A DNA stretch of 32,000 bases from Methanothermobacter thermautotrophicus str. Delta H (GTDB taxonomy: Archaea > Methanobacteriota > Methanobacteria > Methanobacteriales > Methanothermobacteraceae), in assembly GCF_000008645.1 (NCBI RefSeq), contig NC_000916.1, positions 240,001 to 272,000 on the forward strand. The letters run 5' to 3'. The translations under genes and the position numbers were made by a program. The notes under the pieces were generated by a model that saw nothing but the letters and a program-made list of their open reading frames with translations, had not been told where the DNA came from and did no database searches. Below, in pieces: positions 27,404 to 32,000 of the stretch (the stretch's first letter is position 1; each line of letters starts with the position of its first letter).

Positions 27404-27597
27404 GGATTAAAATAGCATCATTTATAAAGGTATAAACTACAGGAAAGCACCTAAGATTCAAATTAGCCAATAGATTTCAAGAGAGCCTCTGAAAAACCTT
27501 AAGATCATAATTACCTTCTCAAATGTGGAGAGGAGGTCAAAACCCCTCCTTCAGATGGCTGGAGACACGTAGAGTACATGTTGAAGAGGAAGATCTG

Positions 27598-28725
27598 ATG
27601 AGAATAGCATTTGTTTATGATGGTGCCTATCCATGGATCAAGGGCGGTGTGGAAAAGAGGGTCTATGAGATTGGAAGAAGGCTCGCTGAGAGGGGACATG
27701 ATGTCCACTGGTACTGTGTGGGGTGGTGGCTGCCAGATAATGGGGAAAGAACCATTGAGATTGATGGTATAAAATACCATGCAGTCTGTGAACCACTTGA
27801 AATATATGTGAATGGCAGAAGATCAATAAAGGCAGCCATCAAATTTTCCATAAGTCTAACAAGACCTCTTTTAAGGGAGAAATTTGATATCATAGACTGT
27901 CAGCAGTTTCCATATTTTTCATGTTTTTCTGCAAAATTGGCTTCATTAGTTAATAAATCCTCCCTCATCATAACAGTTCTGGAGTACTGGGGGGACTACT
28001 GGTATGAGTATCTTGGCAAGGTTGGGATTTTTGGTAAAATCGTAGAGAGGTTGACTTTCAATTTAACATCAGATTACATAACTATATCCTCCCATGTTAG
28101 GAACTATCTGAGCTTTTGTAAGGATTCCATACACATTGTGCCTGATGGAGTTCCCTTCAATAAAATAAGAAAAATTAAACCTTCTTCTGAGAAAGCAAAT
28201 TTGATCTTTGTTGGACGTCTAATTAAGCACAAAAACGTGGATGTGCTCTTAAAGGCACTTCATTTACTCAGAGACGACGGATTTAAGCTAACGTGTATTA
28301 TAATTGGTGATGGTCCTGAAAAGGAAAACCTGATGAAAATCACGAGAGATCTTGGTCTTGAAGCCCAGGTCAAGTTCATGGGTAGAGTTCCCTCTGATGA
28401 TGAAGTATATAAGTATATGAAATCTTGTAATATCTTTGTTTTTCCATCTTCAAGAGAAGGGGCTGGTTTGGTCACCTTAGAAGCAAATGCCGCTGGATTA
28501 CCTGTGATAACAACTAACCATAAACTTAATGCTAGCCGAGAACTTATCAACGGAAAAAATGGTGTTCTATTTAATCTAGATCCTCATGATCTGAAGGAAA
28601 AGATAATTTTAATAATGAATGAACATGAAAAATTAAGAAAAGACTGTATAAAATTCGCAGAGAGTTATAGCTGGGATAAAATTGCTGATTTAACTGAAAA
28701 TGTTTATTTAGAGGTTTTAAAATGA
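27598..28725 (+). CDS. Family 4 glycosyltransferase (start at ATG 27598; the ORF extends to 27523)
   Basis: MRIAFVYDGAYPWIKGGVEKRVYEIGRRLAERGHDVHWY; NLIFVGRLIKHKNVDVLLKALHLL; IIGDGPEKENLM; FPSSREGAGLVTLEANAAGLPVI. Confidence 0.85.
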   Translation: MRIAFVYDGAYPWIKGGVEKRVYEIGRRLAERGHDVHWYCVGWWLPDNGERTIEIDGIKYHAVCEPLEIYVNGRRSIKAAIKFSISLTRPLLREKFDIIDCQQFPYFSCFSAKLASLVNKSSLIITVLEYWGDYWYEYLGKVGIFGKIVERLTFNLTSDYITISSHVRNYLSFCKDSIHIVPDGVPFNKIRKIKPSSEKANLIFVGRLIKHKNVDVLLKALHLLRDDGFKLTCIIIGDGPEKENLMKITRDLGLEAQVKFMGRVPSDDEVYKYMKSCNIFVFPSSREGAGLVTLEANAAGLPVITTNHKLNASRELINGKNGVLFNLDPHDLKEKIILIMNEHEKLRKDCIKFAESYSWDKIADLTENVYLEVLK

Positions 28726-29768
28726 AGAGTGCTTTGATTACAGGAATAACTGGTCAGGATGGGGCTTATCTGGCAAAATTTCTCTTGGAAAAGGGCTATG
28801 AGGTTTATGGAATTTACAGAAGGCTTTCAACTCCTAATTTCTGGAGACTTCAGTACCTTGAAATATTTGATAGAATTAATCTCGTACCCGCAGATCTGAC
28901 TGATGAGTTCTCACTTCTAGAATCACTTAAAATATCTGATGCAGATGAAGTATACCATCTTGCTGCACAGAGCTTTGTTGGAACATCATTCGAACAGCCT
29001 ACGAGTACAGCACATGTTACCGGTGTTGCTGTTACAAGCATGCTTGAAGCAATAAGACATTATAATCCCCATATAAGATTCTATCAAGCCTCAAGCAGTG
29101 AGATATATGGGGATGGTCACACCACAATCCTTAATGAAAACTCTCCATTTAAGCCATCGAGTCCCTATGCAGCTGCAAAACTTTATGGGTACTGGATGAC
29201 CAGAATCTACAGAGAAGGATACGACATTTTTGCTTGTAATGGAATACTCTTTAACCATGAAAGTCCGCTACGTGGCCTTGAGTTTGTCACAAGGAAAATT
29301 TCGAATACCGCTGCAAAAATAGCCCTTGGACTTGAAGATGAGCTCCTTCTCGGAAATCTTGATGCGAAGAGGGACTGGGGTTATGCACCTGATTATGTTG
29401 AGGCTATGCACATGATGCTCCAGCACAAAGAGCCTGATGACTTCGTAATAGCTACAGCAGAGACTCATACTGTTAGGGAGTTCTGTGAAAAAAGTTTCGA
29501 GGAACTTGGTCTCGACTGGCAGGATTATGTTAAAGTGGACAAGAGATTTTTCAGACCTCTTGATGTTAATTATCTCTGTGGTGATTACTCAAAGGCCAGA
29601 GAAAACCTTGGTTGGCAACCTAAAACCAAATTTGAAGAACTTGTGAAGATCATGGTTAGAGAGGATCTTGAAAGATGGGAAAGGTGGCAGAACGGAGAAA
29701 AATTCCCCTGGGACGCGTCAAATTATCCTGATGAAACAAAATTGATAACGAGGGCACTGAGATCATGA
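28722..29768 (+). CDS. gmd: GDP-mannose 4,6-dehydratase
   Basis: MKSALITGITGQDGAYLAKFLLEKGYEVYGIYRR; YHLAAQSFVGTSFEQP; YQASSSEIYGDG; NHESPLRG.EFVTRKIS; RDWGYAPDYVEAMHMMLQH. Confidence 0.9.
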   Translation: MKSALITGITGQDGAYLAKFLLEKGYEVYGIYRRLSTPNFWRLQYLEIFDRINLVPADLTDEFSLLESLKISDADEVYHLAAQSFVGTSFEQPTSTAHVTGVAVTSMLEAIRHYNPHIRFYQASSSEIYGDGHTTILNENSPFKPSSPYAAAKLYGYWMTRIYREGYDIFACNGILFNHESPLRGLEFVTRKISNTAAKIALGLEDELLLGNLDAKRDWGYAPDYVEAMHMMLQHKEPDDFVIATAETHTVREFCEKSFEELGLDWQDYVKVDKRFFRPLDVNYLCGDYSKARENLGWQPKTKFEELVKIMVREDLERWERWQNGEKFPWDASNYPDETKLITRALRS

Positions 29769-30856
29769 TACCTATTCTAGAACCATCTATTGGAAATGAA
29801 GAGTTAGAAAATGTCCTGGAAGCTCTAAAGAGCGGATGGATAAGTTCGAGGGGAGAATTTATAACTAAATTCGAGGAAAAATTTGCAAGATATCATGGCA
29901 TGGGCTTTGGGATAAGCACATCAAATGGGACAACAGCACTTCACCTTGCCCTTAAATCAGTTGGGATAAAAAAAGGAGATGAGGTTATTGTACCATCTTT
30001 AACCTTTGCAGCCACAGCAAATGCAGTCATATACTGTAATGCAAAACCTGTACTTGTAGATTCACATCCTGATTACTGGTGCATTGATCCATCAAGGATT
30101 GAGGAAAAAATAAATAAGAACACACGTGCGATAATACCTGTCCATCTTTATGGTCATCCATGTGATATGGGCTGGATTGGGGATATTGCCGATGAACATG
30201 GATTGATTATTATAGAGGATGCTGCGGAGGCCCACGGAGCAGAATACAGAGGGAAAAAGATCGGCACCTTCGGGGACGTGTCTTGTTTTTCATTTTATGG
30301 TAACAAAATAATAACCACTGGTGAAGGTGGAATGTGTCTTACTAATGATGAGGAGCTTGCTGAGAGAATGGCAGTGTTAAGGGATCATGGTATGAGACCG
30401 GAAAAGAGATACTGGCACGAGGAGGTTGGATTCAATTATAGGATGACTAATTTACAGGCTGCGGTGGGTGTTGCTCAATTAGAAAAAATTGATGGTTTTA
30501 TTAATAGAAAACGGGAAATAGCTGAGATATACAATAGAGGTCTTGCTGAATTACATGAAAATGAAGAATTAATGTTGCACCCAGAGATGTTATGGGCCAG
30601 ATCTGTATACTGGGTTTATTCGATTGTCCTTAAAAAAAGGAAGAACATGGATTTAATAAGGTACCTTAATTCTTGTGGGGTGGATACAAGACCATTTTTT
30701 TATCCTCTTAATTTAATGCCTCCCTATAAAGATGATTCCAGCTATCCTGTGGCAGAAAACCTCTCTTATGGTGGTCTGAGTCTTCCATCAAGTGTTGAAA
30801 TTGGAGATGAAGCCATAGAATACGTTGTTGATAGAGTAAGGGAGTTTTTTGAATGA
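29765..30856 (+). CDS. DegT/DnrJ/EryC1/StrS aminotransferase, perosamine-synthetase-like
   Basis: GISTSNGTTALHLALKSVGIKKGDEVIVPSLTFAATANAVIY...PVHLYGHPCDM...IIEDAAEAHGAEYRGKKIGTFGDVSCFSFYGNKIITTGEGGM. PLP-dependent aminotransferase adjacent to gmd. Confidence 0.85.
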   Translation: MIPILEPSIGNEELENVLEALKSGWISSRGEFITKFEEKFARYHGMGFGISTSNGTTALHLALKSVGIKKGDEVIVPSLTFAATANAVIYCNAKPVLVDSHPDYWCIDPSRIEEKINKNTRAIIPVHLYGHPCDMGWIGDIADEHGLIIIEDAAEAHGAEYRGKKIGTFGDVSCFSFYGNKIITTGEGGMCLTNDEELAERMAVLRDHGMRPEKRYWHEEVGFNYRMTNLQAAVGVAQLEKIDGFINRKREIAEIYNRGLAELHENEELMLHPEMLWARSVYWVYSIVLKKRKNMDLIRYLNSCGVDTRPFFYPLNLMPPYKDDSSYPVAENLSYGGLSLPSSVEIGDEAIEYVVDRVREFFE

Positions 30857-31974
30857 AAATAGCGTTTTTTCATCATACCATGGTCAGAGGTAGTGGAATA
30901 GATACTGTGATATGGGAACTTGCAAAAAGACTGAAAAAAGATCATGATGTGAGTATCTTCACATTTTTCAATGAATATGACAACCCCATTGTTAACACTA
31001 TCTCTATTCCATTCCATGAAAACCGTCTTGTTAATGCAGTTTTTGCACCAATCATACCTAGTTCTTATAGCTTCAGAAAAAAGGTTAAGGATTTTGATGT
31101 TGTAAACGTTCACCATTTCCCTGCCAACTTTTTTCCATTCTTTCCTACCAATATGGATACTCTCAATATCGTGACAGAATGGAGCGGTCCTCCTATGTGT
31201 TTACTTGAAAACATGAATTTCAATGAAAGATTATACATGAAATTAGCCCGCTTCATGAATAAATATGCTGCAAATCGTGCCGATGGGTTGTTAGCGCCAT
31301 GTAGTTTTGTTAAACAATGGATAATGGATAACTATGGTCTTAATTCCCATAAGATGTATCTGGATGGAATAAACTTTGATTATTTTGATTACAGAAATGA
31401 GTATAATAAACCTGATTTTGGAGGTCCTACCATACTTTACGTGGGGCGTATTGCACCAAACAAAAATATTGATCTTTTAATAGAATCCTTTGAAATCGTG
31501 AAAAAGGAATTTGATGATTCTAAACTTGTTATCGTGGGTCGCAAAACATTCCCTGCTTATTATCGGAAGCTTAAAAAAGTTATAAAAAACAAAAATCTCC
31601 AGGAGGATGTTATATTCACAGGAGAAGTTCCCTGGGGAGAATTACCAGATTATTATGCATCATGTGACGTTTATGCTACATGTTCATCGTGGGAGGGATT
31701 CCTCAGGGCCGAGGCTTTTGCAATGAAGAAACCCATGGTAGCATTTGATACGGGTGCAAATAGAGATACCATAAAGGACGGTATAAATGGATTTCTGGTT
31801 GAAAATGGAGATTATGTATCATTTGCAGAAGCTATAATAAAATTAATCGAGGATCCTACTTTAAATAAGCATATGGGTAATGAAGGATATAGATGGGCAC
31901 GTAAACATCTAGATTTTGATGTAATCTGCCAAAATTTCTCTAAATATCTTGAGGAGGAGATTTCTTGCAGATAA
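30853..31974 (+). CDS. Family 4 glycosyltransferase
   Basis: MVRGSGIDTVIWELAKRLKKDHDVSIFTF; TILYVGRIAPNKNIDLLIESFEIV; IFTGEVPWGELPDYYASCDVYATCSSWEGFLRAEAFAMKKPMVAF. Confidence 0.85.
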   Translation: MKIAFFHHTMVRGSGIDTVIWELAKRLKKDHDVSIFTFFNEYDNPIVNTISIPFHENRLVNAVFAPIIPSSYSFRKKVKDFDVVNVHHFPANFFPFFPTNMDTLNIVTEWSGPPMCLLENMNFNERLYMKLARFMNKYAANRADGLLAPCSFVKQWIMDNYGLNSHKMYLDGINFDYFDYRNEYNKPDFGGPTILYVGRIAPNKNIDLLIESFEIVKKEFDDSKLVIVGRKTFPAYYRKLKKVIKNKNLQEDVIFTGEVPWGELPDYYASCDVYATCSSWEGFLRAEAFAMKKPMVAFDTGANRDTIKDGINGFLVENGDYVSFAEAIIKLIEDPTLNKHMGNEGYRWARKHLDFDVICQNFSKYLEEEISCR

Positions 31975-32000
31975 GGATGGTTAAAATGTCTGATGTATGG

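Noticed and set aside
1-32000. tRNA, rRNA or transposase/IS genes
   Set aside because: No cloverleaf, rRNA-like sequence, transposase motif or terminal inverted repeats could be recognised.

Overview
This 32 kb window reads as an archaeal chromosome segment. Gene content and several recognisable proteins fit Methanothermobacter (M. thermautotrophicus-like); the species call is inference from memory, not a search. From left to right it contains: a 5'-truncated HerA-type ATPase; a DUF1232-like membrane protein; a modular Cys-rich protein; a compact operon of EVE-like protein, DUF2791/BREX-type P-loop ATPase and Lhr-like DEAD/DEAH helicase, which is a candidate defence module; a MarR regulator and MATE efflux pair with a palindromic operator; a GHKL ATPase and STAS-like (DUF4325) pair; a signal-peptide-bearing, C-terminally anchored CobN-like chelatase split by a frameshift; degenerate copies of the MATE and DUF4325 genes on the far side of cobN; a hicB / frameshifted hicA pair; a six-gene type III Cmr-like operon whose Cas10 has an HD motif but no recognisable GGDD (III-C / Csx11-like), with no CRISPR array or adaptation genes in the window; a disrupted GT2 gene; and an increasingly AT-rich surface-polysaccharide cluster (C5-epimerase-like protein, glycosyltransferases, GDP-mannose 4,6-dehydratase, perosamine-synthetase-like aminotransferase). 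The main leads are the EVE/DUF2791/Lhr module, the III-C-like effector, the direct duplication flanking the CobN-like gene, and the GHKL/STAS-like pair.
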